Shown here piece after piece: positions 41,104-49,818 of a stretch of DNA of 64,000 nt. The notes under the pieces were generated by a model. That model saw only the letters and a list, made by a program, of their open reading frames with translations. It made no database searches and had not been told where the DNA came from. The position numbers were made by a program, and so were the translations under genes. The stretch is from Candidatus Limnocylindria bacterium (GTDB lineage: Bacteria > Chloroflexota > Limnocylindria > P2-11E), in NCBI GenBank assembly GCA_036523395.1, contig DATDEH010000072.1, forward strand, positions 8,441 to 72,440, written 5' to 3'. Position 1 is the first letter of the stretch. Each line of letters opens with the position of its first letter.

Positions 41104-41900
41104 GGTATTGAGAATCCGAACTCCGCGAGCAGCCGCTGTCCCTCATCCGAAAAGAGGTAGTCGACATACGCCTTCGCAAGGCGCGGATTCTTCGTTTCCT
41201 TCACCACGGCGATCGGGTACCGGGCTATGACCTGACGCTGTTCGGGAATGTCAACGCCGGTCACGCGAGCGCCAGCCGACTTCACGTCGGTCACATAGAC
41301 GATGCCCGCGTCCGCTTCGCCGAGTGCGACCTTGTTGAGCACCGCCCGGACGTCGATCTCCTGGCTCGCCACCTTGACGGTGACGCCGGCCTTCTGGACC
41401 GATTCCAATGCGTACTTACCGGCCGGCACGGTCGGTGCGGCCAGCACCACGATCAGCCCGGGCTTCGCGAGATCGGTCAGGCCGGTGATCCCCTTGGGGT
41501 TTCCGGCCGCGACGGCGATCTGCAAGCGGTTGCTGACGAAGATCGCGGGCGCGCCATCGTTGAGCTTCGCATCCACGATCTTCTGCATGTTCGCCTCGTC
41601 CGCCGATGCGAACACGTCAGCCGGCGCGAGGTTGATGATCTGGGTCGCGAGCGTTGACGATGACCCGAAGTTGAACGTGAACTCGGTGCCAGGGTTCTTG
41701 ACCTTGAGCTGGTCGGCCGCCTTCTTGAAGGCGTCGGTGAGTGATGATCCCGCGAACACAGTGATGCTCCCGGCGAGCGGTACTGGCATCGGCGACGAAG
41801 ACGCGGTATTCGGTGCCGGCGACGATGCCGCGGGGCTCGCACCACCGCAGGCAGACGCGACGACCAGAATCGCGATGGCGAGCGCGGGCAGGCGGTGCAC
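41100..41900 (-). CDS. modA: Molybdate ABC transporter substrate-binding lipoprotein
   Basis: Lipoprotein signal (LVVASACGG). ModA-like domain (SITVFAGSSLTDAF...YPIAVV). Confidence 0.85.
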   Translation of the reverse strand: MHRLPALAIAILVVASACGGASPAASSPAPNTASSSPMPVPLAGSITVFAGSSLTDAFKKAADQLKVKNPGTEFTFNFGSSSTLATQIINLAPADVFASADEANMQKIVDAKLNDGAPAIFVSNRLQIAVAAGNPKGITGLTDLAKPGLIVVLAAPTVPAGKYALESVQKAGVTVKVASQEIDVRAVLNKVALGEADAGIVYVTDVKSAGARVTGVDIPEQRQVIARYPIAVVKETKNPRLAKAYVDYLFSDEGQRLLAEFGFSIP

Positions 41901-41927
41901 GTGAATCTTCCCGAAGCCTCTCGTCCG

Positions 41928-42344
41928 CTAGACCGTGGCGGCAGCGCCGCGCGCGATCTCAACGACAACGTTCGTAGCCTTGACGACGCACACGACCGGC
42001 ATCCCCGGCCGGAACGCAAGCTCCTCGGCGGCTTCCGCGGTCATGAGGCTGACGAGGCGGAACTGACCGGCCTGCACCTCGACCACAGCAGCGACGCGAT
42101 CGCGCTCGACCTTCGTCACGATCCCCGGGAACCGATTTCGCGCGGATTGGGCCACGATCGGGCGCTCGCGTTTCAACTGACGGCGCTCCGTCTGTAAGCG
42201 CCGGATCTCCGACATGGCGACGAGCCGCTGGCCACCTTTCGTGCGGGTGACCTTGAGCCGCCCCGAAGACTCCCAGCGGCGGATCGTGTCGATGGATACG
42301 CCAAGCACTTCGGCGGCCTCGCCCACGCGGATCGCATGCTGCAT
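41928..42344 (-). CDS. Molybdenum-responsive regulator candidate: MerR/excisionase-type HTH fused to a TOBE (Mop) domain
   Basis: HTH IRVGEAAEVLGVSIDTIRRWESSGRL, followed by a TOBE/Mop domain (FPGIVTKVERDRVAAVVEVQAG...VVCVVKATNVVV). First gene of the mod/moe operon. The start could also be the ATG at 42368. Confidence 0.65.
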   Translation of the reverse strand: MQHAIRVGEAAEVLGVSIDTIRRWESSGRLKVTRTKGGQRLVAMSEIRRLQTERRQLKRERPIVAQSARNRFPGIVTKVERDRVAAVVEVQAGQFRLVSLMTAEAAEELAFRPGMPVVCVVKATNVVVEIARGAAATV

Positions 42345-42455
42345 AGGTTTTGGCGTTGGAGATGGCATTGATACATAGGTATATCAGAACCTGGAGCTTC
42401 CGGACCGGGCCGGCGGCTGCCGGTGGCGCCGGCAGCGGCGTCTACTCTCGCCGCG

Positions 42456-43121
42456 ATGCTGCGTCTTGCGTCCTCGTCGCCGCGTCGCATCCAGCTCCTA
42501 CGACTGCTGCAGGTCACATTCGAGTCGACCGCCCCCGACATCGACGAACGGGGCATCGCCTCTCCTGCGCGGGCCAAGGCCGATGCCGTCGCGCGACCCG
42601 GGGAAGTGACGATCGCGGCTGACACGGTAGTCGAGATCGGCGGCGAACTCCTCGGAAGACCGACCGACGACTCGCACGCGGTAGCGATGCTGGCGACCCT
42701 TTCGGGCAGCAACCACGAGGTCCGTACCGAGGTCGCCATCGTCGCCGCGAGTGGCGCGCGACGGCGATTCGCGGTGCGTTCGCGCATCAGGCTCCGCGAC
42801 CTCTCGCTACGCCAGATCGAACGCTACGTCGGCACCGGTGAGCCGTTCGATAAGGCCGGCGGGTACGCCATCCAGGGCGAGGGTCGGCGGCTCGTCGACT
42901 CATACGAGGGATGTCTCGCGAACATCACCGGACTGCCGCTTTGCCACGTGTACTTCGCGCTCCGCGGCGCCGGTGTCGTGCCGCGGGAACGCCCGGAGAT
43001 CGTCTGCCAGGCGCACTTCACCTTTGTTTGCCCGGTGTGGCGCAAGGCGCAGCGGCAGGGTCGCGCGCTGCGCGACGGCGTGGAGTACGGCTCATGGTCG
43101 GAGGACGTTTCGGACGGTTAG
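42456..43121 (+). CDS. maf: Maf-family nucleoside-triphosphate pyrophosphatase with an unusual Cys-containing C-terminal extension
   Basis: MLRLASSSPRRIQLL...GKPTD. There is an extra roughly 40 aa (CLANITGLPLCHVYF...VCQAHFTFVCPVWRK) with 4-5 Cys. Confidence 0.82.
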   Translation: MLRLASSSPRRIQLLRLLQVTFESTAPDIDERGIASPARAKADAVARPGEVTIAADTVVEIGGELLGRPTDDSHAVAMLATLSGSNHEVRTEVAIVAASGARRRFAVRSRIRLRDLSLRQIERYVGTGEPFDKAGGYAIQGEGRRLVDSYEGCLANITGLPLCHVYFALRGAGVVPRERPEIVCQAHFTFVCPVWRKAQRQGRALRDGVEYGSWSEDVSDG

Positions 43122-43143
43122 GGTGCGGCTAGAGTGAAGGCTG

Positions 43144-43803
43144 GTGAACGACCGCATCACGGTGCTAATCGTCGATGACCACCTTGCCGTCGCGGAGAGC
43201 CTCCAGGCGCTTTTCTCTCGCCAGGTCGATCTCGATATCGGCGAGGTGGCGACGAACGGCGCCGCCGCTCTGCGCCTCGCGGCCGAGCGACCGCCCCAGG
43301 TCGTGCTCATGGATCAGAACCTGTCAGGCGAGTCCGGCGTCGCCGTCGCGGCGGCGATCCTCGCGGCTCATCCGCGGACGGCGGTCGTGATGCTCAGCGG
43401 CGCCATGAGCCAGGACGAGCTCATCGCCGCGGTCGAGGTGGGCGTGTCCGGATACCTTCTGAAGACGACGCCCGCGGCCGAGATCGTGAAGGCCATCCGG
43501 CGCGCCGCCGCCGGTGAGATCCTGCTTCCGCCGGACGAGCTGTCGTCGCTCCTGCGCCTCGGACGAGAGCGAACGCGCCAGCGAGACGAGCGCCAACGCA
43601 ATCTGCCGCAGCTCACCCGTCGCGAGCGCGAGGTCCTCGTCCTGATCGCCGCCGCGGTCGATGCCGAGCGCATCGCGGGTGAGCTCAAGATCAGCGTGAA
43701 CACCGCGCGCGGCTACATCCAGAACATCCTCGAGAAGGTCGGCGCGCACTCTCGGCTCGAGGCCGTCGTTCGCGCGACAGAGCTGGGCCTGCTGGACGCC
43801 TAG
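43144..43803 (+). CDS. NarL/FixJ-family (LuxR-type HTH) response regulator
   Basis: REC domain (VLIVDDHLAV...VVLMDQNLSGESG) with a LuxR HTH (LTRREREVLVLIAAAVDAERIAGELKISVNTARGYI). Confidence 0.9.
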   Translation: MNDRITVLIVDDHLAVAESLQALFSRQVDLDIGEVATNGAAALRLAAERPPQVVLMDQNLSGESGVAVAAAILAAHPRTAVVMLSGAMSQDELIAAVEVGVSGYLLKTTPAAEIVKAIRRAAAGEILLPPDELSSLLRLGRERTRQRDERQRNLPQLTRREREVLVLIAAAVDAERIAGELKISVNTARGYIQNILEKVGAHSRLEAVVRATELGLLDA

Positions 43804-43862
43804 GTACCACTACAGGCGCAGGGGTCGGACGCCCCTTCGTACAGCGCTTCTCCAGATCAGCG

Positions 43863-45893
43863 TTGGCCGATAGGTTTCCTCATGTGACCGAACGTAGGAC
43901 CCACCCCCTGATCCAGGCCCTTGCCCCTGTTGTCTCGGTGTATGCCCTCGTCGTCCCCCTGGCGTTCGGGCTCCTCGGCCCCGCCATCGGGATCATCCCC
44001 GCTTCCTCGATCTTGATCGCGGCCTGGCTGCGGGGGAAGCGCGCCGCGCTGTTGGCCGCCGCTGTCGTCATGGTCCTCAGTACGCTCCTTTACGTTTCGG
44101 ATGGCGAGAGTCTCGGGCTCGCGATACGCCAGTCAGCGCTTGCCGCGGGATTCTTCCTCGCGATCGGAATGCTGATCGCGCGCATCCGGGCGGACAAGGC
44201 GCGCGTCGAGCGGCTCACGATGTTCGACCGCCTGACCGATCTGCCTCGTCGCGACGTGTTCGACGAACGGGTCGCGCGAGTGCTTGGTGCGGGCGCGCGC
44301 GCTCACGTCGCGGTCATCGACGTGGTCGGACTCCGCATGCTGAACGAGAGCTTTGGTCACGATGTCGGTGATCAGGTCGTCCGAGAGATCGCTCGACGTC
44401 TTGCGGCGACCTTCAAAGAGGACGAGGTCGTGGCTCGCCTTGGAACCGACGAGTTCGGCGTGCTCGTGCAATCTGCTGGCACCGACGATGCCTTTGCCGC
44501 ACGCGTCCTCGATACTTTCCGCGCGCCCTTCCTCATCGGAGGAAGCCTGTTGACCGTCGAAGGACTCGTTGGTATCGCGCGTTCGCCCGAGCACGGCGAC
44601 ACGAGTGCGATGCTCCGGAGCGCGGCCGCCTCGGCGAAGCGCTCGATCCGCCATCTCGCGGGCGGATGGGCCGCGGCATCTGAGACCCACTCACGTGACA
44701 CTGCTGGCCGACTGCGAATGCTCGGTGAGCTGAGACGAGCGCTCGAGCGTGGCGAGCTGCGTCTGCACTACCAGCCGTTGCTCGACCTGATAAGCCGCGA
44801 GGTCCTTGGCGTCGAAGCTCTCATGCGCTGGCAGCGGAACGGCGAGCTCGTGCCACCGGCGGAGTTCATCCCACTCGCGGAGCGGACGGGTCTCATCGTG
44901 CCGCTGACCGACTGGGTGGTCGGCGAGGCGATGCGCCAGAGCGCGGCCTGGGCCCTGGTCGGGCACCCGCTCGGCATCAGCATCAACGTCGGCGCCAAGG
45001 CGTTTGGCGCGTCCTCGCACCTCGAGACCGTGATCGCGCAGGCTGTCGCGGATCATGGCGTGTCCGCATCGCAGCTCACGATCGAGGTCACCGAAACAGA
45101 TGTCATGACCGACACGGTCCAGGCGTCGCTGACGCTCGCGGCCATCAAGAAGCTGGGCGTCCGCGTTGCTGTCGATGACTTCGGGACCGGTTACTCCTCG
45201 CTCAGCTATCTGAATCAGCTGCCGCTGGACGAGGTCAAGATCGACCGGTCGTTCATCAGTCGTCTGGTGCGCGACCCGCAAACCTCGTCGATCGTCCGTA
45301 CCGCCATCGACCTAAGTCACGCGCTCGGGCTCGACGCGGTCGCCGAGGGCGTCGAAGACGAAGCGACCCTCGAGCGTCTCAAGCTGCTCGGTTGCGACCG
45401 CGCGCAGGGTTACTTCATCGCCAGGCCGATGCCCGCTGACGCCGTGCTGCCGTGGCTGCAGCGATACGTGCCGGCGCCGAGCGTGGTCACCGTGGTGCCG
45501 GCCGAGCGCGCTCTCACGACGCCGATCCGCGACGCGAACGGGAGCACCGTGCTCATCGTCGACGACGAGCACACCCTTCGTGTGGCCACCCACCGCATGT
45601 TGTCCAGCCAGGGGTTCAACGTTCTGCATGCCGCGACCGCCAGCGAGGCGATGCGGATCTGCTCAGAGCAACGCGGCTCGATCGACCTGGTCGTGACGGA
45701 CATCTACCTCACCGACCAGCGCGGGACGGAGCTCGCGAGTCGCCTTCGCGAAACACAGCCCAGCGCCAAGTTCCTCTTCGTCTCGGGCGATCCGATGGCG
45801 GGCGAGCTGGTGAACAGCGGGTCATTCCTCGCCAAACCGTTCTCGAAGCAACAGCTCATCGACCGCGTCGGCCTCGTCATGGCGGCCGCATGA
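43863..45893 (+). CDS. Membrane-anchored degenerate-GGDEF / EAL phosphodiesterase / C-terminal receiver protein
   Basis: 3-4 N-terminal TM helices. GGDEF domain has GTDEF in place of GGDEF. EAL domain is intact (EALMRW...DDFGTGYSSL...EGVE). A C-terminal REC (VLIVDDEHT...LVVTDIYL) is present. The TTG start is uncertain. Confidence 0.82.
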   Translation: MADRFPHVTERRTHPLIQALAPVVSVYALVVPLAFGLLGPAIGIIPASSILIAAWLRGKRAALLAAAVVMVLSTLLYVSDGESLGLAIRQSALAAGFFLAIGMLIARIRADKARVERLTMFDRLTDLPRRDVFDERVARVLGAGARAHVAVIDVVGLRMLNESFGHDVGDQVVREIARRLAATFKEDEVVARLGTDEFGVLVQSAGTDDAFAARVLDTFRAPFLIGGSLLTVEGLVGIARSPEHGDTSAMLRSAAASAKRSIRHLAGGWAAASETHSRDTAGRLRMLGELRRALERGELRLHYQPLLDLISREVLGVEALMRWQRNGELVPPAEFIPLAERTGLIVPLTDWVVGEAMRQSAAWALVGHPLGISINVGAKAFGASSHLETVIAQAVADHGVSASQLTIEVTETDVMTDTVQASLTLAAIKKLGVRVAVDDFGTGYSSLSYLNQLPLDEVKIDRSFISRLVRDPQTSSIVRTAIDLSHALGLDAVAEGVEDEATLERLKLLGCDRAQGYFIARPMPADAVLPWLQRYVPAPSVVTVVPAERALTTPIRDANGSTVLIVDDEHTLRVATHRMLSSQGFNVLHAATASEAMRICSEQRGSIDLVVTDIYLTDQRGTELASRLRETQPSAKFLFVSGDPMAGELVNSGSFLAKPFSKQQLIDRVGLVMAAA

Positions 45894-46258
45894 GTCGCAT
45901 CCTCATCGTCGACGACGATCCACAGCTGGGCCGATCGCTGCAGCGCGTCCTCGAGCATGCAGGACATACCTGCTGTCTCGCGACGGATCCCTGGGTCGCC
46001 GCCGAAGCGGCAGCCGGCTTCAGGCCGGACGCGATCCTCATCGAGCTTCAGCCTGAAGACAACCCAGCACTCCGGCAGCTCCGCGATACCGTCGGTGCGA
46101 TCCCCTTTGTCTTCATGGCCGGCCGGCACCAGGAGTTCGCGCAGCTCGGCGCACTCGTGGGAGCGTCGGACGACTGGCTGGCAAAGCCCGCGGCGCCACA
46201 GGAGTTCATCGTTCGTCTTGACACCGCACTACGTCGCGCGCAGTCCGAGGACGACTAG
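45890..46258 (+). CDS. Stand-alone receiver-domain protein with Glu at the phospho-acceptor position (pseudo-receiver)
   Basis: ILIVDDDPQL...DAILIELQPED...WLAKP. Position 52 is Glu where CheY has the phospho-acceptor Asp (D57). ATGA overlap with the preceding gene. Confidence 0.72.
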   Translation: MSRILIVDDDPQLGRSLQRVLEHAGHTCCLATDPWVAAEAAAGFRPDAILIELQPEDNPALRQLRDTVGAIPFVFMAGRHQEFAQLGALVGASDDWLAKPAAPQEFIVRLDTALRRAQSEDD

Positions 46259-47115
46259 GCCGCAGGCCGCCGCTCCGCTTCATCCCGCGCAAGTGCGTCT
46301 TGAGCGATGCGCAGCACCGCGCCGCTGGTGACAAGGTCCGCGCTCCACGTCGCGTCGCCGACCCGGACCTGCCAGCGTGCCCCGGCGAACGCACGGACGT
46401 TGACCGTCATCGTGCGAAGCAGCTCGTCGAGTCGTGTGCGGAGCAGCGTCGCGATCCGTGCCGCGCGCCGTTCGTCTCCGATGATCGGCGCGATGAGCGC
46501 GACGCCCGAATCGCCGTAGCGGAAGGCGCTCGCATCTCCACCGAAGAGCGTCGATGCGCCGCCGAGAGTCGCGCGGATGCAGCGATGGATGATCGCCCTG
46601 CGCGTCGCCTCCGACGATGTATCGACGTCGGCGACGCCCAACACGAGCGCGAAGGCGCGCCCACCGTCGCGGGCCTGGGCAACGCACTCACGTAGCGCGC
46701 CGACGAGGACGCGGTCGAGATACGACTCCGCGACCGCGGCGGTGCGATAGGCGACCGGCGGAGCCTCGGCGATCACGGGTGCGGGTCGCGGTCCGGGCTC
46801 GGGTTCGGCAATGAGACGGAGCACCGTTGGGATCACCGCGCGCCAGCGTTCGCGCTCTGCGACCCGCTCCGCCGCCCCGAGCCGCGTGAGGGCGACCGCT
46901 GCCTCCGGCGCCGGAACGAGATGGCCGCCTTCGAGCAGGGACTGGAGCGCGCGGCCGAAGGCTCCACTTGCAAGCGGAAGGCGCTCCGCGGAGATCGACG
47001 CCAGCAGCGTCGCCGGTCGCGCGGTCGTCGACGCGAGCGCCTCGAGGAGGTAGAGGCGGTAGAAGGCGGTCGCGAGGCCGGTCGCTGTCGGGCGGACCAC
47101 GGATGACCTCCGCAC
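46255..47115 (-). CDS. Hypothetical protein with a degenerate GGDEF-like domain (RYGDSG in place of GGDEF)
   Basis: AFALVLGVADVD...LFGGDASAFRYGDSGVALIAP...RIATLLRTRLDEL aligns weakly to a diguanylate cyclase fold. The N-terminal roughly 120 aa are uncharacterised. Confidence 0.5.
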   Translation of the reverse strand: MRRSSVVRPTATGLATAFYRLYLLEALASTTARPATLLASISAERLPLASGAFGRALQSLLEGGHLVPAPEAAVALTRLGAAERVAERERWRAVIPTVLRLIAEPEPGPRPAPVIAEAPPVAYRTAAVAESYLDRVLVGALRECVAQARDGGRAFALVLGVADVDTSSEATRRAIIHRCIRATLGGASTLFGGDASAFRYGDSGVALIAPIIGDERRAARIATLLRTRLDELLRTMTVNVRAFAGARWQVRVGDATWSADLVTSGAVLRIAQDALARDEAERRPAA

Positions 47116-47149
47116 GTGACTCGTCTCCTGTTACGGCTCGCCCTTGCGG

Positions 47150-49732
47150 TCAAGCCTTGGTGGCGAGCGCCTCCTCGACGGCGACGAGAAGGGAGTCACG
47201 CGTGAAAGGCTTTTGGACGATGGCGCCATCGATCCGAAGCGTCGCAGTGTCGAGACCCCCGCTGTAGCCGGTCATATACACCACGCGGAGGTGCGGCCGT
47301 GCCTTGCGCAGCTCGCGCGCCAGCTCGTCCCCGGACATCTCGGGCATCACGATGTCGGTCAGCAACAGATCGACCGGCCCCAGCCACATGGTCGCGAGCT
47401 CGATGGCGACCTTTGTTCCCGGGGCCTGGAGCACGCTGTAACCGCGGTCGGACAAGATCCGTACGACCGACTTGCGCACGGCGGCCTCATCCTCGACGAC
47501 CAGGATCATCGCCGCACTCGGCGCGGATTGCGGGGAGGGCGCCGTCCGGATGTCGTCGAGTTCCGCCCGCACACCCGTCCTCGCTGGGATGTGCACGTGC
47601 ACCGACGTGCCGCGCCCGACGACGGATTGGATCGAGATCGCGCCGTGTGCCTGCTGGACGATCCCGTACGCCGTCGCGAGACCGAGCCCGGTTCCCTTTC
47701 CTTTTGGCTTCGTCGTGAAGAACGGCTCGAAGGCACGTGCGATCACGTCCTTCGACATCCCGTAGCCGGTGTCGGTCACATCGAGCCGAACGTATCGCCC
47801 CGAGGTCAGCCCGCCGGGCACGTCGCCGTTGAACTCCACATTCGTCGTCACAAGGACTGCCGTGCCGCCGTCCGGCATCGCGTCGGCCGCGTTCATGATG
47901 AGGTTCAGGAGGAGCTGCTCGAGCTGTCCCACGTCGATCTCGATCGTCCAAAGATCGGGGGCGAGGTGCAGGTCGATGGCCACGCTCTTCGGGATCGTCC
48001 TCCGCAGCATCGATCGAAGCTCAGTGAGGACCGCGTTGAGCTGCACATCCTGTGGATTGACGGCGCCGCGGTGCGCGAATGTGAGGAGCTGCCGTGTGAA
48101 TGTCGCGCCGCGCTCTGCCGCAAGGCGGATCTGGACGACGTCGTCGCGTACCGGGCTGTCCGCGGGCAGCGTGTCCTCCACGAACTGCGAGTAGTTCATG
48201 ACCACCGCAAGGATGTTGTTGAAGTCGTGGGCGATCCCACCGGCGAGACGGCCGATACCTTCGAGGCGTTCGGACTGCCGGAGGCGCTCCTCGAGTGTGA
48301 GGCGCTGCTCCTCCGCTGTCCTCCGCTCGGTGATGTCGCGGATGAACGCGGTGAAGAGGTGACCGGTTGGAGTCTCGGCCGGGGTGATCGACAGCTCGAT
48401 GGCGATCTCGCGACCATCGCGCGTGCAGCCTTCGAGCTCGAGTCGTTTTCCCAGGAAAGGTCCCGCACCGGTCCGCCGGTACTCGGCGAGACCGGCGTTG
48501 TGTCGGGCGCGGTAACGCTCGGGCACGATCAACGAGACCAGCGGCTGGCCCATCACCTCGTCTCTAGACCAACCGAACGTCGCCTCTGCCTGTCGACTCC
48601 ACTCGACGACATTGCCGTCTCCATCCATGCCGACGATGGCGCTGAGAGACGCATCGAGCATCGCGCGGGCGTTGGCTTCGTCGCGCCGATGCTCGGCGAG
48701 TTGCTCTTTGACCGTGGCAAGTAGCTCATTGAAGTTCTCGGCAAGCCGCGCGATCTCCCCAGGACCCTTCACGCCGACCGGATCCGCCAAGGTCGGGTCG
48801 ATCACGCCACCGACGGCGCGGCTGAGCGCGGTCAACGGACCGACGACTCGCCGATACACGAACAGTGTGCCGACGAGGATCGCGACCAGGCCGACAGCGA
48901 TCACGACCAGCTCTTGACTGAATAGGCTGTCGGCGCTCGCGGCTACTTCGCGTTCCTCGGCACCCGCGTAGACCTTCCAGCCGCGGGCTCCGGCCGTCGC
49001 CTCTCCGTACACGCGCGTGGCGCCGTCAAGATCCAGGCGGGTCGACTGAGACGCGTTCGCGAAGGCCGTGCCTTCGATCGCTGTGCCGGACCAGCGCACC
49101 GCGTCCACCGAGCGCGTCAGTGCCGTCCTGCCGTCCGGGGTGGTCACCACGAACTCGAGCTTGCGCGGACCTCCGAAGCGCTTGGCCAGCGTCGGCCCCA
49201 GGTCGCTGAGGTCCGCGAAGGCGGCAACGACGCCCACGTCTTTGAATGGCGCCGCGGTCACGACGCTGGTGCGGCCGGTGCGGAGATCGATGACCGGCGC
49301 CGCGAACACCGCTCCGCGCAGCGCTTCGGTCAGCCACGCCGCGCCGCTGTGCGACACGCCGATCGGCGTGGACCCGGCGCTGGAGCAGGTGATGCCGCCG
49401 CGGGGCAAGACGAAATCCAGGCGGGTCTGCTGGAGGACGCCGATCGGGCCGGAGCCGACGTTGCACGCTGCGCCCGGCACGAAGAGCGACGCGCTGGCCG
49501 GGTTCGCCGCGGTCCCGGTCACGAGCTCCTCGATCCCGCCCAACGCGCTCGTCACTTCCGACGCCGCAAGATCTGCGGCGAACATCGCTTCCTGTCGACC
49601 AGTTCGCTCCGCGTCCTGCAGGCCTTGGGCGCGGACGACCAATGCGGCACCCGCGGCAGTGCAGAGAAATAGGACCAAGAGACCGACTAGGTAGAAGCTG
49701 AGCGGAATCCTGCGGCTACGTCCACTGGCCAT
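47150..49732 (-). CDS. Hybrid sensor histidine kinase (periplasmic sensor-HAMP-PAS-HisKA-HATPase_c-REC)
   Basis: ATG at 49732. Domains read from the sequence are two TM helices around a large extracytoplasmic domain; a PAS domain; an H-box GIAHDFNNIL; N/G boxes (NLIMNAADA...DTGYGM...GTGLGLA); and a C-terminal REC (ILVVEDEAAV...LLTDIVMP). Confidence 0.85.
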   Translation of the reverse strand: MASGRSRRIPLSFYLVGLLVLFLCTAAGAALVVRAQGLQDAERTGRQEAMFAADLAASEVTSALGGIEELVTGTAANPASASLFVPGAACNVGSGPIGVLQQTRLDFVLPRGGITCSSAGSTPIGVSHSGAAWLTEALRGAVFAAPVIDLRTGRTSVVTAAPFKDVGVVAAFADLSDLGPTLAKRFGGPRKLEFVVTTPDGRTALTRSVDAVRWSGTAIEGTAFANASQSTRLDLDGATRVYGEATAGARGWKVYAGAEEREVAASADSLFSQELVVIAVGLVAILVGTLFVYRRVVGPLTALSRAVGGVIDPTLADPVGVKGPGEIARLAENFNELLATVKEQLAEHRRDEANARAMLDASLSAIVGMDGDGNVVEWSRQAEATFGWSRDEVMGQPLVSLIVPERYRARHNAGLAEYRRTGAGPFLGKRLELEGCTRDGREIAIELSITPAETPTGHLFTAFIRDITERRTAEEQRLTLEERLRQSERLEGIGRLAGGIAHDFNNILAVVMNYSQFVEDTLPADSPVRDDVVQIRLAAERGATFTRQLLTFAHRGAVNPQDVQLNAVLTELRSMLRRTIPKSVAIDLHLAPDLWTIEIDVGQLEQLLLNLIMNAADAMPDGGTAVLVTTNVEFNGDVPGGLTSGRYVRLDVTDTGYGMSKDVIARAFEPFFTTKPKGKGTGLGLATAYGIVQQAHGAISIQSVVGRGTSVHVHIPARTGVRAELDDIRTAPSPQSAPSAAMILVVEDEAAVRKSVVRILSDRGYSVLQAPGTKVAIELATMWLGPVDLLLTDIVMPEMSGDELARELRKARPHLRVVYMTGYSGGLDTATLRIDGAIVQKPFTRDSLLVAVEEALATKA

Positions 49733-49818
49733 GCCTGCGGTCCCGACCAACCGCACATTACTGACCTTAATCGTCCAGTCAAGCGAGCCTTAGCACGTGT
49801 CAGGGGCTCAAAGTTCCG

